A stretch of DNA of 64,000 nt from Dehalococcoidia bacterium (GCA_965207225.1 CBDBLV010000005.1:192001-256000); one strand, 5' to 3'; numbered from the stretch's first letter, positions 9,983 through 19,047 are shown. The notes: generated by a model from the sequence alone, not told the origin. Numbers and translations: made by a program.

Positions 9983-10023
9983 ATGATAGTACCGTCGGAC
10001 AGGTGTGTCAAGAGCAAATGTGC
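9983..10023 (-). promoter_or_regulatory. Sigma70-like promoter with adjacent LexA-like box
   Basis: TTGACA (10011-10006), 17 nt, TATCAT (9988-9983); GCACATTTGCTC abuts the -35. Confidence 0.5.
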
Positions 10024-10172
10024 GGCTTTTTGGAGGGAATATCTGAACTGTGATTCATGGGCTTGATGGATTGGTTGGGGGGAGGGAATGCAAGTCCTAG
10101 CCTGGTTGGCGGGCAGGGTACCCACAAGGGGCACCCCTACAGGGGAGGGGATGCCCCCAACCCTCGCAGGGA

Positions 10173-10285
10173 ACCCTCACCCCCTTGGTCCCCCTCTCCC
10201 TTAGGGCCTTTAAGGGAGAGGGGGAGAGAAAAACAGAGGCCCACGTGGGTGCGTCGCACCCACGTGGGCCTCTAGTTCAGTACGG
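10173..10285. repeat. Composite palindromic element (CCCTCTCCC/GGGAGAGGG hairpin + variable 18-19 bp hairpin + AGTTCAGTAC), copy 1
   Basis: Same architecture at 12611-12850 (two copies) and 48859-49176 (two copies). Confidence 0.8.
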
Positions 10286-10411
10286 GGGGAGGAGAGGGAT
10301 GGGGGTGGGGTCGGGTTGGCCATCGGAGGCTCGCCCCAGCTCCTTAAGGGGCTCGGAGCAGACTAAGCTCGGGGTGAGCGGCCTCTCCCAAGGGGGAGGA
10401 GAAATCCATCG

Positions 10412-10711
10412 CTAGGCTAGAGAGAAGATACCGCTTTCCTCGGTGAGACGTAAGTCCCTGAGATTACAGATACGCTTAAGGGCGCTGATTGTGTTTTCGT
10501 CGCTTGCCTTGAAATTGACCAATCCAGTTTGGTCGAATTCCTTGAGTCTGAGGATGATGCTGTCAATGAAAGAAGGGGTGATGACCAAAGGGCCGTCCAA
10601 ATCCAAGACGAGCTTCCTGTCCAAGAACGAGGACAACTCTCTATAAGCCTCGTTGCCGCGTTCGCGCGTGGAATAAACGGGTACTAAATTGGTGACAGAA
10701 ACGGTGTCCAC
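10412..10711 (-). CDS. STAS-like domain protein (DUF4325-like)
   Basis: STRERG...LVLDLDG...ITPSFIDSI motif. Confidence 0.75.
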   Translation of the reverse strand: MDTVSVTNLVPVYSTRERGNEAYRELSSFLDRKLVLDLDGPLVITPSFIDSIILRLKEFDQTGLVNFKASDENTISALKRICNLRDLRLTEESGIFSLA

Positions 10712-10723
10712 CTACATCGCTCC

Positions 10724-11539
10724 TTATAGAGGAATTGTAATCTGCACTTGCACCCCTGGCAAATCATAGGCTGCTGTGCTGCTCATCAGATTGTATCTGG
10801 TGCCCGGGTTAGCAATGACGTAGCCTTCGCCTGTCGACAGGAACAGGGAGCCGTTAAGGCGCTCAACATTTTCCTTAATTGTGGACAAACCTGTCCCGCC
10901 TTCGTCCTTGCTGGTAACGCCGTCTTCAAAAGCCCTGACTGCCGCAGCCCGGTCATTAGACACATGATATTTCGGAGACAGGTTTTGGCGGATACCCACA
11001 CCACTGTCAGCGAGTGCTATCTCAACATAATGGCCGTCAGGGAACAGCTGGAAAATCATACATGCCGGCGTGTTGATTTGAGAACGGGAATGCCTCACTG
11101 CATTGTCGATAAGCTCTACTACGATGGTTGATATGGCTGAAGGACTGATATGAAGATCCCATTCCTGAAGGATCTCCTGCGTCCATTGTTCAAGGTCTTC
11201 GGCAATCCGGGGTTCGGCAAGAATGTCCAGGGGGACTATATCCTCAAATGAAGTGGGTTTGACCGTTTGCAGTTTGGGTTGCGCCCCATCCCCCTCGAAT
11301 ACGAAGTTAAATCGATCCCAGAAATTCTGTGAATCTAGATATCGTCTGAGTGCACTGGACCTGGATACTCTTATGGTGAATAGCTTTTCTCGCGAGTTCC
11401 AGTATCTAACAAAGGTGCCGAGATAGATGACCGCAAATGGCCCTATACTCTCCACTGAGCGGAGATCTATTGTCGGCTTGGCAGGGTTCATGTCGATGCT
11501 GGAACAAAACGAGGCAATATTGTCTCGGGTCAGCCGCAT
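10724..11539 (-). CDS. HATPase_c (RsbW-like) ATP-binding protein with N-terminal STAS-like region
   Basis: ELIDNAVRHS N-box, ADSGVGI G1, GGTGL G2 boxes; lower GC. Confidence 0.8.
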   Translation of the reverse strand: MRLTRDNIASFCSSIDMNPAKPTIDLRSVESIGPFAVIYLGTFVRYWNSREKLFTIRVSRSSALRRYLDSQNFWDRFNFVFEGDGAQPKLQTVKPTSFEDIVPLDILAEPRIAEDLEQWTQEILQEWDLHISPSAISTIVVELIDNAVRHSRSQINTPACMIFQLFPDGHYVEIALADSGVGIRQNLSPKYHVSNDRAAAVRAFEDGVTSKDEGGTGLSTIKENVERLNGSLFLSTGEGYVIANPGTRYNLMSSTAAYDLPGVQVQITIPL

Positions 11540-11696
11540 GGCGGGAGTTTATCATGCTATGTCGGGATTATTGCCTGACCTGGAGCTCCACTTAAAGTGG
11601 TATGGCCAAGTCGTTGCCTCACCGCTCCACAGCATGAAGGTGGGCAGATAGTGGCAGGTTGGTGACGATGAACGGCCACCCCGTTCCGTTCAGTTG

Positions 11697-11724
11697 ACCC
11701 TTCGACTTCGCTCAGGGTGAACGG
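11697..11724. repeat. REP-like repeat family CCTTCGACT.CGCTCAGG.TGA.CG (representative copy)
   Basis: Similar copies near 824, 1333, 2787, 16015, 34915, 53474, 59219, 63183. Confidence 0.75.
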
Positions 11725-11742
11725 AATTCCCTCCCCTTGGGA

Positions 11743-11770
11743 TGGATTCCCGATCGGAGTCGGGAATGAC
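11743..11770. repeat. dRS3-like palindrome GGATTCCCGA.C...GTCGGGAATGAC (representative copy)
   Basis: Similar copies near 2834, 14562, 16062, 34982, 53353, 59100, 59268, 62380. Confidence 0.8.
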
Positions 11771-11789
11771 AAAAGAATAGGTAAGGAGT

Positions 11790-12599
11790 TTGGAAATGGG
11801 TGATGGATTTTTGGGGAAAGTGGCGCTGGTGACGGGTGGGGGGTCCGGGATTGGGAGGGCGAGTTGTTTTGCTTTTGCCCGGGAGGGGGCCCGGGTGGCG
11901 GTGGCGGATGTGGATATGGCAGGGGCGGAGGAGACGGTGCGGTTGATCGAGGAGGCCGGGGGGAGTGGGGTGGGGTTTCGGGTCGATGTGACGAAGGCCG
12001 GGGGGAGTGGGGTGGGGTTTCGGGTCGATGTGACGAAGGCCGGGGAGGTGGAGTCGCTGGTTGAAAGGGTCGTGGAGGAGTTTGGGAGGCTGGACTGCGC
12101 TTTCAATAACGCGGGTGTCGGGGGAAAGGTGATGAACACCCACGAGTACCCGGAGGACGACTGGGACCGGGTTATCGACGTGAACCTGAAGGGCGTGTGG
12201 CTGTGCATGAGGTACGAGATCCCGGTGATGCTGAGGCAGGGCGGTGGGGCTATTGTGAACACGGCGTCGATATACGGGCTGTCGGGGGCGGGGGGATACA
12301 TTGCGTACAATGCGGCGAAGCACGGGGTGGTGGGTGTGACGAAGACGGCGGCGCTGGAGTATGCGGAGGTCGGGATACGGGTGAATGCGATGTGCCCGGG
12401 CTACATCTTGACGCCGATGACGATCCCGGGCATCGAGGCCAATCCTGAGCTGGAGCGGAGGATGGTTTCGCAGACGCCGATGGGTCGGATGGGGAAGCCG
12501 GAGGAGATTGCGGAGGCGGTTGTGTGGCTGTGCTCGGATGGGGCGTCGTTCGTGACGGGGCATACGATGACGCCGGATGGGGGGTACATGGCGCAGTAG
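11790..12599 (+). CDS. SDR family NAD(P)-dependent oxidoreductase with 14-aa tandem duplication
   Basis: TGGGSGIG, NNAG, YNAAK catalytic motif. Confidence 0.92.
   Translation: MEMGDGFLGKVALVTGGGSGIGRASCFAFAREGARVAVADVDMAGAEETVRLIEEAGGSGVGFRVDVTKAGGSGVGFRVDVTKAGEVESLVERVVEEFGRLDCAFNNAGVGGKVMNTHEYPEDDWDRVIDVNLKGVWLCMRYEIPVMLRQGGGAIVNTASIYGLSGAGGYIAYNAAKHGVVGVTKTAALEYAEVGIRVNAMCPGYILTPMTIPGIEANPELERRMVSQTPMGRMGKPEEIAEAVVWLCSDGASFVTGHTMTPDGGYMAQ
11953..12045 (+). repeat. Perfect 42-bp tandem duplication inside SDR gene
   Basis: aggccggggggagtggggtggggtttcgggtcgatgtgacga twice, then aggccgggg. Confidence 0.9.
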
Positions 12600-12610
12600 G
12601 GAACTTAAGA

Positions 12611-12850
12611 ACCCTCACCCCCTTTATCCCCCTCTCCCTTAGGGCCAATAAGGGAGAGGGGGAGAGAAGAATAGGGGTAGGCACGCCCGCCAAGCGGGCG
12701 TGCCTACCCCTAATTCGGTACCGGTGGGGGAGGACAAACCCTCACCCCCTTGGTCCCCCTCTCCCTTGGGGCCTATATGAGATAGGGGGATAGGAAAACA
12801 GAGCGCCGCACCTGTGCATTTTGCGCAGGTGCGGCGCTCTAGTTCAGTGC
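12611..12850. repeat. Two tandem copies of the composite palindromic element
   Basis: Hairpins at 12673-12711 and 12800-12840; lies between convergent genes. Confidence 0.8.
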
Positions 12851-12911
12851 TGGGGTGGGAGGGGTACCACGGAATCTGCCTCTAATTCGGTAGTGGGGGG
12901 ATGAGGAAGGG

Positions 12912-14489
12912 TTAGGTGGAGGTGCGGCCGCGGCGGAGGGAGCGGCCGGGGAGGGCGCCGGTGTGGTCGCCGTCGGTTACGACTGGTTGCCCGTTGACGA
13001 GGACGTGCTCGATGCCGGTGGGGTACTGGCGGGGGCGGTGTCGGGTGGCGGGGGAGTGGACGGTGGAAGGGTCGAAGACGACGATGTCGGCCTTCATGCC
13101 GTCGCGGAGGATGCCGCGGTCGGGGATGCCGAGTCGGAGGGCGGCGAAGGAGGTCATCTTTCGTATGGCCTCGGCCATAGTGATGAGCTTTTCGTTGCGG
13201 ACGTAGTGGGAGAGGAGGGTCGGGAAGGTGCCGTAGGTGCGGGGGCTGGGGAAGTCGCCGAGGAGGAGGCCGTCGGTGCCGACCATGGTGAGGGGGTGGG
13301 TCATGAAGTCGGGGAGGGTGGTGAGGTTGGGGCCCGGGGTGACGTAGGAGGTCTGCAGGTCTTCGTCGAGGAGGAGGTCGCAGAGGGCGTCGACCTCGCT
13401 CTTGCCGAGGGTGTCGGCTACTTCGGCGACGGACTTGCCCTCAAAGCGCTTGTTGTGGGGGCGCTTGAAGTAGGTGAGCCAGATGTCGCTCCAGGACTGG
13501 CCTCGGGGTCGGACTTCTTGTCGGAGGCGCTCACGGCCCTCGTCGGAGCGGAGGACTTCTTTGAGGCGGGTCGGGCCTCCGTTGTGGGCCCACTGGGGGA
13601 ACATGATGAGGACTCGGGTGCTGCTGTAGGTGTAGGGGAAGCAGTCCATGGTCACGTCCTGGCCGGAGTCGACGGAGCCGTCCACCAGTTCAAGGAGCTG
13701 TCGGGCGCTGCCGGGGTGGGTGATGCGCTGGTAAAAGTGGGTCAGGTGGCAGGGGAGGCCCGCCCGCCGGCCGATCTCCAGGGCCTCCTTGACGGGGTCG
13801 AGGAACCGGTCACCGAGGGTGTTGCGCAGGTGTGTGTGATAGATGCCGCCGAGCCGGGCGACCTCCCGGGAGAGGCTGACCAGTTCGTCGGTGGAGGCGT
13901 AGCTGCCGGGCGGGTAGTCGAGGCCGGTGGAGATGCCGAAGGCGCCCTCCTCCATACCTTCCCGGAGCATGGCGCGCATGTTGGCGACGTCGGCGTCAGT
14001 GGCGGGGGTGTCGTGCCAGCCCATGGCGCAGATGCGGATGGGGGAGTTTCCGATTACGTAGGCGATGTTGACTGCGACCTTGTTGTCGAACATGGAGAGG
14101 TACTGGGCGACGGTGGACCAGGTGCCGGGGAGGGGTGGGGCCCCGTCCAGGCCCGAGTTGAGCTCGATGAAGTCACGGAGGTCGTCGGGGGAGGTGAATG
14201 GCGCATAAGAGTTGCCGTCGACGCCGACGAGCTCGGTGGTGATGCCCTGGCGGACCTTTGGGTGGTGCTCGGGCTCGGCGAGGATGATGAGGCCCGTGTG
14301 GGCGTGCATGTCGATGAAGCCGGGGCAGACGACCTTGCCTGAGGCGTCGATGGTGCGGTGGGCGAGGGTGTCGGAGTAGTCACCGCGGAGGATGCAGACT
14401 TCTTCACCCCGGACGCCTACGCCGGCGTAGAAGCCCGGGTTGCCGGTGCCGTCGACGACGAGGCCGTTCCTGATGAGGGTGTGGAGCAT
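12912..14489 (-). CDS. N-acyl-D-amino-acid deacylase family amidohydrolase
   Basis: PGFIDMHAH, STGLDYPPG, HLRN, GTDG, SPRTYGTF, ADIVVFD. Confidence 0.9.
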   Translation of the reverse strand: MLHTLIRNGLVVDGTGNPGFYAGVGVRGEEVCILRGDYSDTLAHRTIDASGKVVCPGFIDMHAHTGLIILAEPEHHPKVRQGITTELVGVDGNSYAPFTSPDDLRDFIELNSGLDGAPPLPGTWSTVAQYLSMFDNKVAVNIAYVIGNSPIRICAMGWHDTPATDADVANMRAMLREGMEEGAFGISTGLDYPPGSYASTDELVSLSREVARLGGIYHTHLRNTLGDRFLDPVKEALEIGRRAGLPCHLTHFYQRITHPGSARQLLELVDGSVDSGQDVTMDCFPYTYSSTRVLIMFPQWAHNGGPTRLKEVLRSDEGRERLRQEVRPRGQSWSDIWLTYFKRPHNKRFEGKSVAEVADTLGKSEVDALCDLLLDEDLQTSYVTPGPNLTTLPDFMTHPLTMVGTDGLLLGDFPSPRTYGTFPTLLSHYVRNEKLITMAEAIRKMTSFAALRLGIPDRGILRDGMKADIVVFDPSTVHSPATRHRPRQYPTGIEHVLVNGQPVVTDGDHTGALPGRSLRRGRTST

Positions 14490-14604
14490 GGGGGGAGGTT
14501 AGCATTTGGGGTGTTCTCCCCTCAACCCCGGAGAAGGGAACCCTCACCCCATCCCGCGGGATGGATTCCCGATCGGGGTCGGGAATGACGAACAGGAAAA
14601 GGCG

Positions 14605-15960
14605 TTATTGGCCCCAGACGCGGGTTTCGGGTTTGAAGGCGGCCCAGGCGAACCAGAAGTGGTTGGCGTGGACTATGGGGGTTAGGGTCTCGTCTTTTAG
14701 GGGGCCGTCGGTGGCGCGGCCGAGGACGTTCCAGGTTGAGCCGGTCTCCTCGTCGGTGAAGGCGCCGGAATCGGGGCGGAAGGTCAGGGTGCGGTCGCCG
14801 AGGCGGCGGTCGAAGACGCCGGTGGCGCCGACGTCCCGAGAGTTGGCTATCGTGCCCCTGTCCAGGGCCGAGGCCGTGCCAGGCGCGTGGAACACCACGA
14901 TAGGAGTTCCTCCGACATCGTCGTTGACGACGGGGGTCTCCTCCAGCCTCAGGAAGGGGTAGGCCACGGTCTCGCCGTTGAGCTCGACGGTGGCGACGCG
15001 CTCGACGGGGCGGAGGCGTCCGTCCTCGGGTCCCTGGAAGAGGAAGGGAGACGAATTGATGTCGTCGTAGCCGGTGTAGGGGTTGCGGCCGTACTGGCGG
15101 GTGAAGCCCGTGTCCCGGGTGAGCACCTGGCCTTCGGGGTAGTTGTCGCGGAAGTCGGCCCAGGAAATGATGGAAGCGGGGACCTGGGGGAGCCGGGCGC
15201 CGGTAAGCTCGCCGACGATGGCCTCGCCGAGGATCTGCTGCCACCAGCTGTCGGTGGCGCGGTCGTACATGATGAGGTCGCTGTAACGGAGGAGGCCGCT
15301 GACGCCGAAGGAGTTTATGGTGTCTCCCATGCGGCGATCGAAGGCGATGGCGGTGTTGCAGAGGGGACAGAAGGTGACGATAACGGGCTCGCCGCCTACG
15401 ACGTCGTTGACGATCTCGTGCCAGGTCATTATCTGAAGGGGGTAGGCGCGGGCGTCACCGCTGATTTCGACGGCGATGACGGGCTCCATATCGCCAAGCC
15501 AATCGATGTCGTCGGAGACGGGGGCGAACTTGGGGTTGTCGATGGAGGGTATCCCGTCACGGACCTGGCCGAGGAGGATTTCGGCGTAGTCGACGGAGTG
15601 CTTGGAGAAATCGGTGCGCCAGGGATTTCGTCCCGTCGGGTCAGAGCGGGCGAAATAGGTTGCCGGGTCGAAGTCCGGGGTGGCGACGGGGGTGGGAGTC
15701 GCCGCGGGCTGGGCGGGACTAGGGGTCAGCAAATCCGGTTGGGGCCAGGGCTGCTCTAAGATTTCGCGGGTGGGCTGTGGATCGGTCTGGCCTGTCGGGG
15801 GAGACCACTCGGATTCCCCGGGGCGGTGGGTGGGGGTGGGGTCACTCTCGCCCTGGGCCTCTCCTGGGGAGGGGGCAGGGGAGTCTCCGCCGCAGGCGGA
15901 GATGACGAGGGTGGCGACTAGGAGGATGGTTATGGGGAGGAGGATTTTGGGGGTTGGCAT
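14605..15960 (-). CDS. DUF3179 domain lipoprotein
   Basis: Lipobox ISAC; DGIPSID, RAYP..I..WHEIVND, TFCPLC, FGVSG.L..SDL.MYDR.T.SWW.Q, FWFAW. Confidence 0.9.
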   Translation of the reverse strand: MPTPKILLPITILLVATLVISACGGDSPAPSPGEAQGESDPTPTHRPGESEWSPPTGQTDPQPTREILEQPWPQPDLLTPSPAQPAATPTPVATPDFDPATYFARSDPTGRNPWRTDFSKHSVDYAEILLGQVRDGIPSIDNPKFAPVSDDIDWLGDMEPVIAVEISGDARAYPLQIMTWHEIVNDVVGGEPVIVTFCPLCNTAIAFDRRMGDTINSFGVSGLLRYSDLIMYDRATDSWWQQILGEAIVGELTGARLPQVPASIISWADFRDNYPEGQVLTRDTGFTRQYGRNPYTGYDDINSSPFLFQGPEDGRLRPVERVATVELNGETVAYPFLRLEETPVVNDDVGGTPIVVFHAPGTASALDRGTIANSRDVGATGVFDRRLGDRTLTFRPDSGAFTDEETGSTWNVLGRATDGPLKDETLTPIVHANHFWFAWAAFKPETRVWGQ

Positions 15961-16100
15961 GGTGTTAGTTGGTTATGGCTGATGCGAGTGTATGAGTATC
16001 CGGGCCACCCCCCGTTCGACCCTTCGAGTGGCCTCAGGGTGAGCGGCCCCACCCCGGGGGATGGATTCTCGACAGGAGTCGAGAATGGCGAGCAGAGGCA

Positions 16101-16712
16101 TTAGTTTTCGATGGCGAGGAGGGCTCGGTCGCGGATGCCTTCGTGGGTGTCGAAGCCGAGCTTTCGGTCGACGATTATGCCGTCTATGTCGATGTAGTAG
16201 GTGGTGGGCATGGCTAGGACCTGGTAGGCCTTGACGATCTGGTCGTCCCTGGGGAGGTATAGGAGGGGGTAGGTGACGCCGCGGGCAAGGGCAAACGGCT
16301 CCCCCTGGGCTACGGTCTCCTGGTTGTTGATGCCGAGGATGACTAGGTCGTCGCTGAACTCCTGTCCGACGGCCTCGAGGTCGGGCATCTCTTCGAGGCA
16401 GAAGTTGCACCAGCTGGCCCAGAAGTTGACGACGACGGCCTTTTCGCCGAGGAACTCGGAAAGGCTGACGACTTTGCCTGCGGAGTCGGTGAGCATGAAG
16501 TTGGGTGCGGCGTCTCCAACGTCGGTGCCGACCTCGCCCTGACCGGTATTGTCGGCGACGCCGAGCATGACCATTGAACCCTCTTCGGTCATTACCTCGG
16601 TGCCTCCGGCGAAGGGGTTGGTAAGCGCAATGACTATGGCGGCGACGCCGGCAAGGCCGATGGTGAAGATTATTCTCTTCTGGAGGAGTGAAAGGGCCTT
16701 GATGTCCCACAT
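16101..16712 (-). CDS. TlpA/ResA-like thiol-disulfide oxidoreductase
   Basis: N-terminal TM helix; NFWASWCNFC..EMP; cis-Pro motif MPTT. Confidence 0.9.
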   Translation of the reverse strand: MWDIKALSLLQKRIIFTIGLAGVAAIVIALTNPFAGGTEVMTEEGSMVMLGVADNTGQGEVGTDVGDAAPNFMLTDSAGKVVSLSEFLGEKAVVVNFWASWCNFCLEEMPDLEAVGQEFSDDLVILGINNQETVAQGEPFALARGVTYPLLYLPRDDQIVKAYQVLAMPTTYYIDIDGIIVDRKLGFDTHEGIRDRALLAIEN

Positions 16713-16799
16713 ATCTCTACGTCAATGATAACGCACCACGGGGGGTGGGGTTAGGGGGAGCCATTTGAGGGTGTGATTTTTTGATGCTACGATGTTGCA

Positions 16800-17009
16800 A
16801 TGCGAACTACGGGGACCATAGATGACGACGTATTGTCGGTGGCGAGGGCGCTGGCGCAGCAGCAGAAGATCAGTCTGGGGAGCGCGGTGTCGGAGCTGGT
16901 GCGTCGGGGGTTTAGGGGTGGTGGAAGGACAGTAGCTGAACGGGATGACATACCCTTTTTCCCAATAGATCCGGACGCCAAATCTTTCACCAGTGAGGAT
17001 GTGTACTGA
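16800..17009 (+). CDS. VapB/CopG-like RHH antitoxin, orphan and probably truncated
   Basis: MRTT..IDDDVL..AR....SLG..VSELVRRG; no PIN toxin downstream. Confidence 0.7.
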   Translation: MRTTGTIDDDVLSVARALAQQQKISLGSAVSELVRRGFRGGGRTVAERDDIPFFPIDPDAKSFTSEDVY

Positions 17010-17040
17010 GCATTGAGTGACAGGCCTTGAATCTGTAAGT

Positions 17041-17082
17041 ATGGCAAAGAAGCTCGACATCCAAGTCTCTTACTGTAAGGAA
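17041..17082 (+). pseudogene. 5' remnant of a SelW/Rdx gene (MAKKLDIQVSYCKE)
   Basis: Homologous to first 14 codons of 19048-19326, including gtaag upstream of ATG; breaks where the Sec codon would be. Confidence 0.75.
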
Positions 17083-17155
17083 TCCGGGGTGTGGGGAGGG
17101 GTGGTGTGAGCAGAACATCTTGAACAGGTATTTACTTTAGGAGACACTTCTTGCG

Positions 17156-17767
17156 ATGCCCATAGTGCGAAACATGGTTCAGATGGACAACTTCAATAAA
17201 GATTTGGTGTTGCCATATGAACTTCGTATACAGGACTTCGAACTTGCTATGCAGGACGTGTACGACTTCTTCTACGATGTCAATGCCCATCTCACTGGTA
17301 AAGGACTGCAAAGACTGGACGATATGCTGCGACCCGCAATTATGTCCGGCGTTTTGTCGGATATGTTGACCGCCAGTATGGCCCAACACTCGCGAGTCCT
17401 TACCGAAAATCGTTACCACAACGGGCATCCCGATCTGGTCGTTCAAGGCGTACATCCCGGCAATGCCGTCAAAGCTGGTTCGCGCGGTGTGGAGGTTAAG
17501 ACTACCCGCAAGGCTGGGGGCGCCGTGGATACTCACGGCGCCCGCGACCAATGGTTATGCGTCTTCGTATATCAGGTGGATACTAAGTCTGAACCCGCAC
17601 TCGACCGTAACCCCATGACCTTTACCGAAGTCTATCTTGGACACGTGACCGTGGATGATTTTCGGAAAAATCCCAGGGGCGATCTTGGGACGCGCACCGC
17701 AACCCTTCACAAGGACGGGATTCGTCGTTTGCGCGAATGCTGGGTCTATAAGGCTGCAGCGGCTTGA
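17156..17767 (+). CDS. Putative type II restriction endonuclease, PD-(D/E)xK fold
   Basis: GHPDL...EVKTT motif; convergent with and overlapping a DNA MTase; lower GC. Confidence 0.7.
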   Translation: MPIVRNMVQMDNFNKDLVLPYELRIQDFELAMQDVYDFFYDVNAHLTGKGLQRLDDMLRPAIMSGVLSDMLTASMAQHSRVLTENRYHNGHPDLVVQGVHPGNAVKAGSRGVEVKTTRKAGGAVDTHGARDQWLCVFVYQVDTKSEPALDRNPMTFTEVYLGHVTVDDFRKNPRGDLGTRTATLHKDGIRRLRECWVYKAAAA

Positions 17768-18903
17768 TCTGTTGAGATCCGGGCAAGTTTAGGAATGCCA
17801 TTGCGCGCCATTTCGAAATACGTAGCGTCTTTTTCGACACCGATGCTTGCATAGCCCAGAGACTCGGCGGCGGCCAATGTAGATCCTGCACCTGCGAATG
17901 GATCCAGCACGACACCCTCCCCGATTGGCAATACCGAGCGCACCAGCTGCCTTAGAAAAGCCTGGGGCTTGAGACTCGGGTGGGAGGCCAATTCTCGCTC
18001 TGTCTTCCTTGTTGGCGAAGAACGGATAACATCCCCAAACGGGCGTTCGTTGCATGGACGACGGAATCCCCCGGTCTTCCACCTCCTTAGGTTGTCCTGC
18101 ACTCTTCCTTCTATGGGTTTTCGAAACACAATCCACGGCTCCCACATTGAACGAGGCATCACACTAACGTCCGGGAATTCATCCTGAGCCGCCTTGGGCC
18201 GGTCTCCTCCCCTTAGAGTCATCGTTAGTCTCGCTATCTCTCCGCGTCGTTCGAAGCCTGCATCCGCCAATGCACCTGACACTAGATATGAGACCAACGG
18301 GTTGGACGCTACGACTACATTAGCCCCTGGGACCACCTTAGGTATGAGTAGCCGACCCCAGACGAAGAAAAATGCCTTGATTTCGTCCAGTTGATCGGGA
18401 GTGAGAGTCGTAAAGCGTGGAAGCGGAGACCTCCGATGCCCGTCAAAGGACGGCGGAATGCGCCAAACGCCGCCCTTTCCCTCTCGTAATTTGGTTTGTT
18501 GTTCTCTCGTGTATTCGTGAAGCCCATAAGGAGGGTCGGTAACTACCCCATGAAAGCTGTTATCGTCCTGTTGGCTTAGCCAGTCGAAACAATCTGAGTG
18601 GTAAAGTGTGGCCCGCCCGAATTTGAACGGAGACTTCCATTCCCTGTTCAGACGAAGCTCGCTTTGCATGCCCAGCGCAGCTGCCGACCGAAGGGTGTAC
18701 ACACCCCTTTCCTCTCGTATGAAAGTTGCCGGCGTATTTAGCCTCAGATAAGATCGGATGGACGAGCCTCGGATTGGCCCTACGACCTGCGATACCCGCT
18801 CCTCTATCTCCTTGACGGTAAGCTGTTTAGAAGTGAGGGACATCACCTGCATAATCCCGTCTCTCACTCTTCCCGGGGCGTACCTCTCGCGATTTTCTGC
18901 CAT
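17746..18903 (-). CDS. Site-specific N4/N6 DNA methyltransferase (class beta) with N-terminal HTH-like extension
   Basis: TDPPY precedes HPSLKP and DPFAGAGST; start set to ATG 18903 rather than the long ORF-track start. Confidence 0.9.
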   Translation of the reverse strand: MAENRERYAPGRVRDGIMQVMSLTSKQLTVKEIEERVSQVVGPIRGSSIRSYLRLNTPATFIREERGVYTLRSAAALGMQSELRLNREWKSPFKFGRATLYHSDCFDWLSQQDDNSFHGVVTDPPYGLHEYTREQQTKLREGKGGVWRIPPSFDGHRRSPLPRFTTLTPDQLDEIKAFFFVWGRLLIPKVVPGANVVVASNPLVSYLVSGALADAGFERRGEIARLTMTLRGGDRPKAAQDEFPDVSVMPRSMWEPWIVFRKPIEGRVQDNLRRWKTGGFRRPCNERPFGDVIRSSPTRKTERELASHPSLKPQAFLRQLVRSVLPIGEGVVLDPFAGAGSTLAAAESLGYASIGVEKDATYFEMARNGIPKLARISTDQAAAAL

Positions 18904-19047
18904 AGCGATTTCTATATTAGACGTCTGGACGTCGTGAGTCAATATAGGAGGAAATGACGTGGGGCGTCGGGTGAGATATAATGTCTTTCGCTTTTGGAGG
19001 ACGGCGCTGGCCGTTACCGGCATGAACAGAAAGGGGGTGAAGTAAGG

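Noticed and set aside
12611-12850. Repeat-variable-repeat pattern as a CRISPR array
   Set aside because: At most two adjacent units, the variable parts are palindromes, and no cas genes are present
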